NCBI GenBank assembly: GCA_963769935.1
Contig: CAVYNY010000009.1
Location: forward strand, 288,001-352,000
DNA: 64,000 nt
Direction of reading: 5' to 3'
Origin: an uncultured delta proteobacterium
Lineage (GTDB): Bacteria > Desulfobacterota > Desulfobacteria > Desulfobacterales > JAFDCJ01
In this document: positions 28,070 through 37,505 of the stretch, one piece after another
How positions within the stretch are numbered: position 1 is the stretch's first letter
Layout: each line of letters begins with the position of its first letter
Position numbers and translations under genes: made by a program
The notes under the pieces: model-generated
The model's database searches: none
Seen by the model: the letters and a program-made list of their open reading frames with translations, nothing else
What the model was told of the DNA's origin: nothing

Positions 28070-28760
28070 TGTTTTCTTTGAACCGATATCCGACACCTCG
28101 GACGGTTTCAATGTACCGGCTGGATGGACCCAGTTTTTTTCGCAATCCCACGATTTGGACGTCCACGCTGCGGTCGGTAACCGGGTAGTCGTCACCGCGC
28201 ACGGCATCCACAATGTGGCTGCGGGTAAACACCCACCCCGGTCGCCGGGCCAGAAGATACAGCACCTGAAACTCGGTATATGTCAAATCAACAGCCTGAC
28301 CGGAGACCAGAACACTGCGCCGGCCGAGATCTATCTCCAGATCATAGATCCGAAGCATGGATACATCTCCCTCATCCGGCTTGCCGGTTTTGCGGCGCAG
28401 GATGGCCCGCACTCTTGCAATCAGCACCCGGGGGCTGAACGGCTTGGTCACATAGTCATCGGCGCCCAGTTCCAGACCGGTGACAATGTCGGCCTCCTCA
28501 CCCTTGGCCGTCAGCATCAGAATCGGAAAATTCCCGGTCTTTGGGTCGCTTTTTAATTTTTTGGCCACATCCAGTCCGTCGATACCGGGCAGCATGAGAT
28601 CGAGAACGACCAGATCAAACACTTCTGCCCGGGCCTTTTTCAGTGCATCTTCCCCGGTCAACGCCCCGGTAACCTGATACCCTTCTTTTACCAGATTGTA
28701 TCTGATCAGCTCGAGGATATCCTCCTCATCTTCAACCACGAGAATCCGTTCTTTTGGCAT
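28062..28760 (-). CDS. phoB: PhoB/PhoP-like OmpR-family response regulator
   Basis: LDLMLPG, GADDYVTKPFS, RSVDVQIVGLRKKL, IETVRGVGYRF; paired with phoR near phoU. Confidence 0.88.
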   Translation of the reverse strand: MPKERILVVEDEEDILELIRYNLVKEGYQVTGALTGEDALKKARAEVFDLVVLDLMLPGIDGLDVAKKLKSDPKTGNFPILMLTAKGEEADIVTGLELGADDYVTKPFSPRVLIARVRAILRRKTGKPDEGDVSMLRIYDLEIDLGRRSVLVSGQAVDLTYTEFQVLYLLARRPGWVFTRSHIVDAVRGDDYPVTDRSVDVQIVGLRKKLGPSSRYIETVRGVGYRFKENNE

Positions 28761-28826
28761 CGCCTTGTCTCACCGTTTTGACAATGGAATTTATCTTGCT
28801 TTGTAATTTATTTTTTCCCGGTGAGC

Positions 28827-28880
28827 AATCTATTTCTTTATTGTTATCATAACGTTAGATTGCGGTTAAATTTGTGATAG
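28827..28880 (-). promoter_or_regulatory. Putative autoregulatory Pho box plus -10 upstream of phoB
   Basis: CTATC/TTAAC/CTAAC/ATAAC at 11-bp period, 10 bp, TAGATT. Confidence 0.72.
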
Positions 28881-29024
28881 CCTTTTGATGCGACAGACAC
28901 AGCCGGCGGCACTAAAAGAAACACGGTGATAATTCCAGTTATTCCGGCACCGGCCGGAATTTGTTCAAATTTCACACTTAATACTTTCAGTTGACTTTAT
29001 AAATTATCGGGTTAATATTAAACC

Positions 29025-30281
29025 ATGATTAAACGAAAGTTGTTTTCAGAATTGGTGGGCCATCTTCCGCAAAAGGAGATGAGCCTGATAATCGGCCCCC
29101 GTCAGGCCGGCAAAACGACCCTGATGGAGATGTTGCAGGCACATCTGGAAAAGAGCGGTGAGCGCACGCTGTTTCTAAACCTCGACGTCGAGTGGGACAG
29201 ACTTCATTTTGAATCTCAGGCAGCTCTTCTAAAAAAAATTGAATTGGAGCTGGGCCGACGGCGCGGTTACGTTTTTATCGATGAAATTCAGCGCAAAGGT
29301 GATGCCGGTTTATTTTTAAAGGGCCTTTTTGATCTCAACTTGCCTTATAAATTTATCGTTTCCGGTTCCGGCAGCCTGGAGCTGAAAGAAAAAATCCATG
29401 AATCGATGGTCGGCCGCAAACGACTGTTTGAATTATCCACCCTGACCTTCGAGGAATTTATCAATCACCGAACGGACTATCGGTATGAAGAAAATATTGC
29501 CGAGTTTATGGCAATTGAAACGGACAATGCCCGGCAGCTGCTGTCTGAATACATGCAGTTCGGCGGGTATCCCCGGATTGTTTTAGCTTTGGAACAAGTT
29601 GAAAAGCTTCGTCTCATCGATGAAATCTACCGCAGTGTCCTGGAAAAGGATATTGCCTATCTTTTAAAACTTGACAAGCCTGATGTTTTCAGAGCGCTCA
29701 TCAAGATTCTTGCCGGCCAGATCGGGCAGTTGATGAACTACACTGAGCTGGCATCGACATTGAATGTGTCTTTTGCCACTGTTAAAAACTACCTCTGGTA
29801 TGCTCAAAAAATATTCATAGTGGAACTTATCCCACCCTATGCGCGCAATGTCAGAAAAGAAATCAGCAAATCACCCGTGCCTTATTTTTGGGATTTGGGC
29901 CTCAGAAACTATTCCCTGGGACTGTTCGGACACCTTGAAAGCCCAATGGAAAAAGGGTTTGTCTTTGAAAACCTGGTTTTTTTACTTTTAAGGCAAAAAC
30001 TAAGATTCAAAGCCGCCAAGTTGAATTACTGGCGAACAAAGGATAAAGCCGAGGTGGATTTTGTGATCGAAGCCGGTAAAAGACTCATTCCGGTGGAGGT
30101 TAAGCATAAGCAGCTTAGACAGGATAAGGTGCCGGTATCCTTGCGCAGTTTCATCGACAAATACCAGCCGGAGCGAGCCTTTATTATAAATTTTGGTTTG
30201 AACAAAACCATTGAAATCAACCAGACAAAAGTTTGCTTTATGCCGTTTCATGAACTGCTGAGTCAAAGCACGGTATTTTAA
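29025..30281 (+). CDS. AAA_14 ATPase with DUF4143 domain
   Basis: GPRQAGKTT, FIDEIQ, SGSGS, GGYP, FENLV, AEVDFV, PVEVK. Confidence 0.92.
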   Translation: MIKRKLFSELVGHLPQKEMSLIIGPRQAGKTTLMEMLQAHLEKSGERTLFLNLDVEWDRLHFESQAALLKKIELELGRRRGYVFIDEIQRKGDAGLFLKGLFDLNLPYKFIVSGSGSLELKEKIHESMVGRKRLFELSTLTFEEFINHRTDYRYEENIAEFMAIETDNARQLLSEYMQFGGYPRIVLALEQVEKLRLIDEIYRSVLEKDIAYLLKLDKPDVFRALIKILAGQIGQLMNYTELASTLNVSFATVKNYLWYAQKIFIVELIPPYARNVRKEISKSPVPYFWDLGLRNYSLGLFGHLESPMEKGFVFENLVFLLLRQKLRFKAAKLNYWRTKDKAEVDFVIEAGKRLIPVEVKHKQLRQDKVPVSLRSFIDKYQPERAFIINFGLNKTIEINQTKVCFMPFHELLSQSTVF

Positions 30282-30548
30282 AGATCTCGACTTTAAACCG
30301 GCCCGCATCAAAGATCCGGTTGTCTGAGGTCCCTTTTTATGATGCACAAGGTTGATAAGGTCGTCGAGAAAGGTACCGAAAATTCCACCTACTAATGAAT
30401 CACGCAAGCACCCCGGTGCCATTCTCTGGAGCTGCGCAGCTGGCAAAAATCCCAAAAAAAGACAGGATAAAATTCGTGCTTTATATATTTCGCGTTTTCG
30501 TGATAAAAAAAAATAGAAGATGTCCTTTCTTCTTAGGATCGCGATCAC

Positions 30549-31889
30549 TTGACCGGTAATGCGCCCCATATTCTTCTGATCAATCCCTGGATCCACGATT
30601 TTGCCGCCTACGATTTCTGGGCCAAGCCTCTGGGACTGCTCATCATTGCAGGCCTGCTAAAGGCGCACGGCATTGCGGTTTCCTATATCGACTGTCTGGA
30701 CCGTTTTCATCCCCGGGCCGCTAAAACCGATCCTGCGGCCAGATACGGCCGGGGTCCGTATCTTAAATCCCGCATCCCTAAACCGGCCGGGTTGGATGAC
30801 GTCCGCCGTAAATTCTCACGCTACGGTATCAAACCGCAATGGTTCCAGGAAGATCTTCTTGGACTGGCCCCACCCGATCTTGTGCTGATCACCTCGCTGA
30901 TGACATACTGGTACCCGGGGGTGCAGGAAACCATTGCAGCTGTCAGATCGGTTTTTCCGCATACGCCGATCGTGCTGGGCGGCATCTATGCCCGATTATG
31001 CGCTGAGCATGCCGGAAGCAATTCCGGCGCCGATCATATCGCCGTCGAGCCGGCGGAAAAATGCTTAATGGCCCTGTTGTGTGACTTTACAGGCTACTCG
31101 GCCGCACCGGCATTTGATCCGTTAAATATGGATTCCTACCCCTACCCTGCCCTGGAATTGCAGACCAGGATTAATTATGTACCCCTGCTGACCACCAAAG
31201 GCTGCCCGTTTAACTGTGCCTACTGCGCTTCCCGTTTTTTGGAGCCCAACCCCCTGCGGCGCAGTCCGGAATCCGTTATTGAAGAGATCCGTTACTGGCA
31301 CGGCCGGTATGGACTGATCGACTTTGTCCTGTACGACGACGCCTTTTTGGTGGATGCCGACCACCATGCCATTCCGATGCTGGAAGGCATCTGCGCAGCC
31401 GGTCTCAAGGTTCGTTTTCACACGCCGAATGCGCTCCATATTCGCGGCATCACCCCCGCAACGGCCCGGCTGATGCACCGGGCCGGTTTTACGACCCTGC
31501 GTCTCGGATTGGAAACAGCTGAATTTGAACACCGCCTGAAACTTGATCAGAAAGTCTCTCAGCACGAGTTTAACCGAGCGGTGACCTGCCTGATCGAGGC
31601 CGGTTTTGACAAAAAACGGGTGGGCGCCTATCTGCTGGTCGGTCTTCCCGGCCAGAAACTAAGCGCTATTGAGTATTCCATCCGGGCCGTTTCAGAAAGC
31701 GGTATATCGCCGGTGCCCGCGTATTACACCCCCATTCCGCATACGGCGCTGTGGCCTGAGGCGGTAGCGGCATCCCGCTACGATCTTGCTTCCGATCCGA
31801 TATTCACCAATAACGCCATCCTCCCCTGCCGCAAAGAACCGTTTTCCTGGGAACTGATTTCGCATTTAAAGGATTTGGCGGCGAAATAA
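30549..31889 (+). CDS. B12-binding radical SAM protein
   Basis: LLINPWIHDF, LGGIYA, KGCPFNCAYC. Confidence 0.92.
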   Translation: MTGNAPHILLINPWIHDFAAYDFWAKPLGLLIIAGLLKAHGIAVSYIDCLDRFHPRAAKTDPAARYGRGPYLKSRIPKPAGLDDVRRKFSRYGIKPQWFQEDLLGLAPPDLVLITSLMTYWYPGVQETIAAVRSVFPHTPIVLGGIYARLCAEHAGSNSGADHIAVEPAEKCLMALLCDFTGYSAAPAFDPLNMDSYPYPALELQTRINYVPLLTTKGCPFNCAYCASRFLEPNPLRRSPESVIEEIRYWHGRYGLIDFVLYDDAFLVDADHHAIPMLEGICAAGLKVRFHTPNALHIRGITPATARLMHRAGFTTLRLGLETAEFEHRLKLDQKVSQHEFNRAVTCLIEAGFDKKRVGAYLLVGLPGQKLSAIEYSIRAVSESGISPVPAYYTPIPHTALWPEAVAASRYDLASDPIFTNNAILPCRKEPFSWELISHLKDLAAK

Positions 31890-32145
31890 AAATGAAAGAT
31901 GCTTTGCCGCTGAAAAATATTTATCATGGTGTAGTTATGAAAAAATTGATATTTTCGTCAAACAGTGCTAATTAATCTGCCCTGATAAGAAGCATTTGCA
32001 GGGTTGTGAACTGTTAGTTGAAAATAGAAGAAAGTCGTTTGATCGAAGATCCGACGGGTTAATAGCATTATACTGCGCATGTTGAAGTAATGCCTGGTGG
32101 CAGTGGTTTTCAAATACGATTCTAAAGGGTGGTCCGACCGCGTTC

Positions 32146-32302
32146 ATCGCGGTTGCCTCCAGCCCGCAGGGCTTACGCCCCGGAGGGAAAACCGCTCCCA
32201 CAAACTTTTTAAACTATTTTCAGGTTCCAAAGAAGTTTCTTTTTCGATCAGACCGGCCGCTTTCAGGCCGGCGGCGGCGCTGACACCTGACGCCCGAAAC
32301 CT
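32146..32302. repeat. REP with nested 31-bp insertion, plus family A repeat
   Basis: ATCGCGGTTG[CCTCCAGCCCGCAGGGCTTACGCCCCGGAGG]GAAAACCGCTCCCACA; family A at ~32233-32302. Confidence 0.75.
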
Positions 32303-32366
32303 TTAAGTTTTTGACAGCCTGTTGTTTAAAACAAAGGCTCTGCCACAGTAAAGGAGAAAAATATTT

Positions 32367-33866
32367 ATGCTTCACCTGAAATCCGCCGATTTAAAAAAAC
32401 AGGCGATGGAAATACTGGCAATTCCCGTATGTGAAGATAAAGATATCCATGCAGACCCGTTGATTAAGGCCGTCGTCCAAAAAGCACTGGCCCTCAAGGA
32501 GTTCAACGGAAAAAAGGACGAAGAAGTGACGCTTTACGATGTGCCGGATCTCAAGGCCCGGCGGGTAATCATGTTGGGTCTCGGCAAAGCCGAGAAACTT
32601 GACCTGGAAGCCTTGCGCTGCATGGCCGGCAGGACGGTTAAAAGTTGCATCAAGAAAGAACTGGCCGACCTGTGGTTCGCGGTCCCCGCGGCGGCCGGGA
32701 TCGGCCTTGAGATGGCGGCGGTTCTGGAAGCCATGCAGGAAGGTGCTTTGCTCGGCAATCATATATTTAATAAGTACAAAGTAGAGAATAAAAAGACGGC
32801 CCTCAGGCAGATCATTTTTTTGACGACACCCCGGATCGTTAAAGATCTGCGCCGCCTGTGTTCCAGAGTTGCCGTTGTTTGTGAAGGAACCTGCCTGGCC
32901 CGCGACTGGATCAGTACCCCCTCCAACGAAAAGACACCGGAAAAATTTGCCCGGTCCATCGTCGAAATGGCTAAAAAACAGCGCCTTAAAATTCAGGTGC
33001 TCAGCGAAAACCAGCTGAAACAAAAAAAATTCGACGCCCTGCTGGCTGTGGCGGCCGGCAGCCAATGCAAACCCGGCCTGGTCCTGCTGGAGCACACGGT
33101 ACCGGGCGCCAAAAAGACAGTGGCCCTGGTGGGCAAAGGGGTGACCTTTGACTCAGGGGGTCTTAATATCAAAACCGGCGGCTCCATTGCCGATATGAAA
33201 TCGGATATGTCCGGGGCGGCTGCGGTTGCGGCCACGTTGATCACCGCCGCCCGGTTAAAAACCAAAGTCAACCTTATCGGCGCCATTCCCATTGTGGAAA
33301 ATATGCCGTCGGGCCACGCCACCAGGCCCGGAGATATTATTCGAAGCTATGCCGGCAAAACCATCGAGATCGGAAACACCGATGCCGAAGGACGCCTGAT
33401 TCTGATCGATGCCATGGCTTACGTTCTAAAGCGGTACAAACCGCAAATGCTGATCGACCTGGCAACGCTGACCGGGGCCTGTGTGGTTGCATTAGGGGAA
33501 AAGATTGCCGGGGTATTTTCCAATGACGAGCATCTGGCCGCTTCAATTGCGTCGGCGGGAGAAAAAACCCATGAACGCTGCTGGCGCATGCCGCTGCCCG
33601 ATGATTATAAGGAACTCTTGAAAAGCGATTTTGCCGACATCAACAACATGCCCAGCAGCCGCTGGGGAAGCGCCATCACCGCGGCGCTTTTTCTGGCCGA
33701 ATTTGTGGGTGATACCCGCTGGGCCCATATCGATATCGCCGGCCCGGCCTATCTCAAAAATGAAAATGCTTACTGCGGACCCGGTGGGACGGGTTTTGGG
33801 GTAAGGCTGTTAACGGAGTTGCTGGAGGGGATGGTAAAGACAGAAGTTGAGAAGTTGAGAAGTTGA
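32367..33866 (+). CDS. pepA: Leucyl aminopeptidase (M17)
   Basis: VGKGVTFDSGG, MKSDMSGAA, NTDAEGRL, DLATLTGA, WAHIDIAG. Confidence 0.96.
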   Translation: MLHLKSADLKKQAMEILAIPVCEDKDIHADPLIKAVVQKALALKEFNGKKDEEVTLYDVPDLKARRVIMLGLGKAEKLDLEALRCMAGRTVKSCIKKELADLWFAVPAAAGIGLEMAAVLEAMQEGALLGNHIFNKYKVENKKTALRQIIFLTTPRIVKDLRRLCSRVAVVCEGTCLARDWISTPSNEKTPEKFARSIVEMAKKQRLKIQVLSENQLKQKKFDALLAVAAGSQCKPGLVLLEHTVPGAKKTVALVGKGVTFDSGGLNIKTGGSIADMKSDMSGAAAVAATLITAARLKTKVNLIGAIPIVENMPSGHATRPGDIIRSYAGKTIEIGNTDAEGRLILIDAMAYVLKRYKPQMLIDLATLTGACVVALGEKIAGVFSNDEHLAASIASAGEKTHERCWRMPLPDDYKELLKSDFADINNMPSSRWGSAITAALFLAEFVGDTRWAHIDIAGPAYLKNENAYCGPGGTGFGVRLLTELLEGMVKTEVEKLRS

Positions 33867-34012
33867 GAAGTTGGGATACCAGGGGAAGATAGGAAGTTAG
33901 ATAGCTGGTGAGTTCGTAAGTTCATAAGCACCAACCCAATTCACATAGTAAAGAATCCTGGCCCACAGGACCAGGTTTGCAATGTTAGAATAAATGCCAT
34001 CCCTTACCGGAT

Positions 34013-34543
34013 TCATCTTCGGCGCAGATTGGCAGCCGCGAAATCGCGCTGAATCCGGCTGGGTCTTCCCGTGATTCTTCTGGTTATATATTCAGGTACA
34101 ACGCCGAGCGCGATGTACTTGGCCTGAACCTCCTCCGGCAGAAAAGTGAAATCCACCACCTTGCCGCGGCAGATGGGCGATCCGCATGCACACTGCATCA
34201 CCAGCACGGGCTTGTACATGGTCGTGGAATAATCAAATCGAATCTCCTCGCCGCGTCCAATGGTTTGGATGGCAACCAGTTTCGAGGTTTCGCCGTCCAT
34301 AACAACTCCGGAATTGGGGTCACAGGAATGGTTGATATAGTCGTCGATCTCGCCGGACGGACCAAGGAATACATTGTCGCCCACCTGAAGATAATAGTCT
34401 TCATCCTGGCTGTGAATCGCCGGCATATCCCGACGCCGGATGAGCGGTCCTAAAAATGTGATGATTTCCTCGCCGGCAAAAATTCTCTCGCCGGCAAAAA
34501 CGCCCCTTCCGATGGGACACTTCTGCAAAATCAACCTTTTCAT
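34013..34543 (-). CDS. SET domain protein with post-SET cysteines
   Basis: GRGVFA, YINHSCDPN, GEEIRFDY, CACGSPICRG. Confidence 0.9.
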   Translation of the reverse strand: MKRLILQKCPIGRGVFAGERIFAGEEIITFLGPLIRRRDMPAIHSQDEDYYLQVGDNVFLGPSGEIDDYINHSCDPNSGVVMDGETSKLVAIQTIGRGEEIRFDYSTTMYKPVLVMQCACGSPICRGKVVDFTFLPEEVQAKYIALGVVPEYITRRITGRPSRIQRDFAAANLRRR

Positions 34544-34767
34544 ACCGCGACAAATCTCCTTTGATGTCGGATCAAAATCGTGCAGCCGAAAAATCAATTC
34601 ATAAATTTAGTACAGAAAAAATAAATAGCAAGATTTAACCATATTTTTTATGCAGGAATGACGGCGGGGCTGAATCCGGCCTGCTCCCCGTCCTGTCGCG
34701 TCGTAGTTACGCTGCACGCGTGACGAAGTCGGAAGCCGGGCAGCTGAAGGAGGGAACCTTTTAAGGC

Positions 34768-34931
34768 TCAGATTTTCCCGGGTTCACCCTTCAAGAAAAT
34801 GATCCGGTGGGCGTAGACCGGCCGGCGGTAGGCTTGCTTCTGGTGGAGGCATTGGACGGGGCAGGAATCCACGCAGATGCCGCAGTAGACACAGGCAAAA
34901 GGGTCAGGATGGTGGCAAGTTCTTGTTCCAT
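34768..34931 (-). pseudogene. Deletion scar: gene start (MEQELATIL) fused out of frame to EchF-like ferredoxin C-terminus
   Basis: DPFACVYCGICVDSCPVQCLHQKQAYRRPVYAHRIIFLKGEPGKI*; RBS AGGTG at the usp stop. Confidence 0.7.
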
Positions 34932-34938
34932 GGTTCAC

Positions 34939-35877
34939 CTATCTGACGATCCAGACGGACCGATCGCGGCCCAGATAAATGACTTTATTGGTCACCCTTC
35001 CGATGAAAAATGATTGTACCTGCGATAAACCGCGTCTGCCCATCACGATCGTGCCGTAATTTTTCTTCCGGGCTTCATCGACGATGGCCGCAGCTCGCGA
35101 TTGGACTCCGACAACAAGCTTGGATGAGATCCGATTTTCCTCGAAACCCGCTTGCATCAATTTTTTTTGGGCATCTTCCAAGCGGGCCGCGATATCGATT
35201 TTGGCATCGTCCACGAATTTTTGGGGTGAAAACAGGCCCTGATGTTCCTCCGCGGCCCTTTCACGGCCTCGAATCACATGCAGCAGACAGACGTTGAAAG
35301 CGGATGCGCCCAGGAAGGTTCCCACACAATCAACCGCGCGCAGGGCGCCGGGTGAGCCGTCAAAAGCCAGCAAGATGCCTTTTCCCACCGGCGCCCGCCC
35401 GGCCAGTATAAAGGGCAGAAAATCAAGCCTTTCGAGCAGCTTGTTGGCGATGCTGCCGATCACCAGCCCCTGCAGTGCGCCCATGCCGCGCCGCCGGGCC
35501 ACAACTGCGTCATACCCCTCGCGGGCTTCTCTGATGATATCGCGGGCGATGCCCTGTTTCCGCTTCAGAATTTTAACCTTAACGGCATCCTCCGGGAAAC
35601 CGGCATTCAGAAGAATCGCCTTGGCATTTTGCATGTAGTCCCCGGCATTGCTCTTCTGCTGGACCTCCCAAGCCTGGACGGACATTACCGTTCCGGTGCT
35701 GCGGGGATCCCTTTTCAGGTCAAAATACGACTCGGGAACGCCGGCATACACGTGCATCAGCACCACCTGCATTTGCTTAAAAGGTCTGATCTTGGCGATG
35801 TACCGCACCGTGCCCAGCGACCGTTCCGAACCGTCCAGCGGCAGAAGGATTTTAGGGGGGATTTGTCTTGCAGTCAT
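34939..35877 (-). CDS. Universal stress protein (two USP domains)
   Basis: KILLPLDGSE...RRGMGAL..GSIANKLL; ILLAFDGS...VMGRRGLS..IGRVTNKVI. Confidence 0.92.
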   Translation of the reverse strand: MTARQIPPKILLPLDGSERSLGTVRYIAKIRPFKQMQVVLMHVYAGVPESYFDLKRDPRSTGTVMSVQAWEVQQKSNAGDYMQNAKAILLNAGFPEDAVKVKILKRKQGIARDIIREAREGYDAVVARRRGMGALQGLVIGSIANKLLERLDFLPFILAGRAPVGKGILLAFDGSPGALRAVDCVGTFLGASAFNVCLLHVIRGRERAAEEHQGLFSPQKFVDDAKIDIAARLEDAQKKLMQAGFEENRISSKLVVGVQSRAAAIVDEARKKNYGTIVMGRRGLSQVQSFFIGRVTNKVIYLGRDRSVWIVR

Positions 35878-35955
35878 TTCAATGTCCTTTCTAAGCAAGC
35901 AATTCGTTGAAGAAGTTACTACGGTGCTTTTAACAGGACACTGACAGTTTATTCG

Positions 35956-35971
35956 AGCAATAGGTATGCCA
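35956..35971 (-). promoter_or_regulatory. sigma54 (-24/-12) promoter of usp
   Basis: TGGCAT-ACCTA-TTGCT. Confidence 0.7.
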
Positions 35972-36257
35972 TGGTAGACGGGGGAACATAAAAAATTTTA
36001 ACTTATTACTATCATTATGAATTACTTGAATTTTCGAAGGCCGGTAACCGCTAATCTTCGCGGCAATCCTGTCGGACTATTTTACATGTTGCAAAAAAGA
36101 TAGCCTATTTTTGGATTCGTGCCGGAAATTGCCCTGGGCATTTACATTTCAGCCCCGCCGGAGGCTGCGCTCTCAGCGGTGAGACACTTCATAAAAATGT
36201 GCTCGAATGTAATGAAGAGTTTCATATGAGGGGGCGGGCAATCGATGGGACTAAAAG

Positions 36258-36286
36258 AAAAAGGAGGGATATTCCCTCCTTTTTTT
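36258..36286. terminator. Bidirectional Rho-independent terminator
   Basis: AAAAAGGAGGGA-TAT-TCCCTCCTTTTTTT. Confidence 0.75.
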
Positions 36287-36349
36287 GTGGCAAATTAATT
36301 TTTGTCTGATTAAGGATAATGTAACTAGAAGGGGTTGGCGCTGATCCCC

Positions 36350-36538
36350 CTACACACGTCCGCCATGTACCCCGGGTTGCTCTTTTCTGTTTTTGGTCCA
36401 CTTAGGGCTTTTCGGACTCGGCTCGCTGTAAGGTTCGGCCTTGATGCCTTCCTGGCGTTCTTTTTCTCCCTCTTGGACGCGATCACGGCATTCGCCTTTG
36501 CAATTGCCCGTCGTGTCTCTTGTTGGCATTTTTTTCAT
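36350..36538 (-). CDS. Small hydrophilic hypothetical protein
   Basis: RBS AGGAG, terminator downstream. Confidence 0.55.
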   Translation of the reverse strand: MKKMPTRDTTGNCKGECRDRVQEGEKERQEGIKAEPYSEPSPKSPKWTKNRKEQPGVHGGRV

Positions 36539-36665
36539 GATATCGATCTCCTGCTTTAGGACTGGTTTGTTAAAGTTTGTATTGTCGCATCCGACAATGT
36601 TAAGTATACGTTATGCATCATTTGGGAAAAATCAAGTCAACCTTCCAGGCAAATTTGCCGCCCGA

Positions 36666-37466
36666 TCAAAATCCCCGTATATTTCCGGTCGATTCCAAAA
36701 ACTCCGGACGGCATAATTGTTCGATGATTGCTAAAAGCTCTTTGTGTTTAAAGGGTTTTTTAAGGGTCCTGGCACCCATGGCACGCGCCAAATCAATTTC
36801 CGCCTCATTGCCGTACCAGCCAAACCCGGAAACGACAATAATTTTTACATCCGGATATTGTTCTTTAATTGTTAGAACCGTTTCGATGCCTTCCTTCTTT
36901 GGCATGACGATATCGGAGATGATCAAATCAGCCGGGCATGCCGATTGACGGCGTATCCCGGCTTCTCCGTCGCAGGCTTCCATAACCTCAAAGCCCTGCG
37001 ATTCCAGCATATGGCGCAGCATTTTTCGAAAACTTTCGTCGTCATCAATTATCAGGATGCGTTTGACGACGATGGGGCAGGAATCTTTTGCCGATCGATC
37101 TATCTTTTCAAAGGCGGCCGCGGCGGATTTTAAAAGCACATCGAAGTCAAGCGGCTTTGAAAAATAATCGTTAAAACCGGCTTCAAGTATTTCTTCCGGC
37201 CCCAAAATCCCCGCATAGCCGGTTACGGCATAGATTATCGCCCGGGAGTCGTTCTCTCTTATCCGTTCGCATAGGTCAAATCCGCTCATGGTCTCCAAGC
37301 CCAGGTCGATATACATGACCGGAAAATCCTCATGAGCTAAGATCTCAAGAGCCTCCTCTCCGGTGGCGGCCGAACCGACGGAATACCCCTTGCGGCTGAA
37401 AGCCATTTCGAACATTTCGCGAATAGAAGCTTCGTCATCGACAACTAAAATCTTTTTTGCATTCAT
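36666..37466 (-). CDS. Response regulator with two receiver domains
   Basis: ILVVDDE...KP and ILIIDDD...DIVMP...KP. Confidence 0.9.
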   Translation of the reverse strand: MNAKKILVVDDEASIREMFEMAFSRKGYSVGSAATGEEALEILAHEDFPVMYIDLGLETMSGFDLCERIRENDSRAIIYAVTGYAGILGPEEILEAGFNDYFSKPLDFDVLLKSAAAAFEKIDRSAKDSCPIVVKRILIIDDDESFRKMLRHMLESQGFEVMEACDGEAGIRRQSACPADLIISDIVMPKKEGIETVLTIKEQYPDVKIIVVSGFGWYGNEAEIDLARAMGARTLKKPFKHKELLAIIEQLCRPEFLESTGNIRGF

Positions 37467-37505
37467 GGTTCTTTAACGATCTTGAGATTCTGCCCCCAAG
37501 TTCAA

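Noticed and set aside
29025..30281. AAA-DUF4143 gene as part of a defence system
   Set aside because: Solitary, a very common family, and no partner genes nearby
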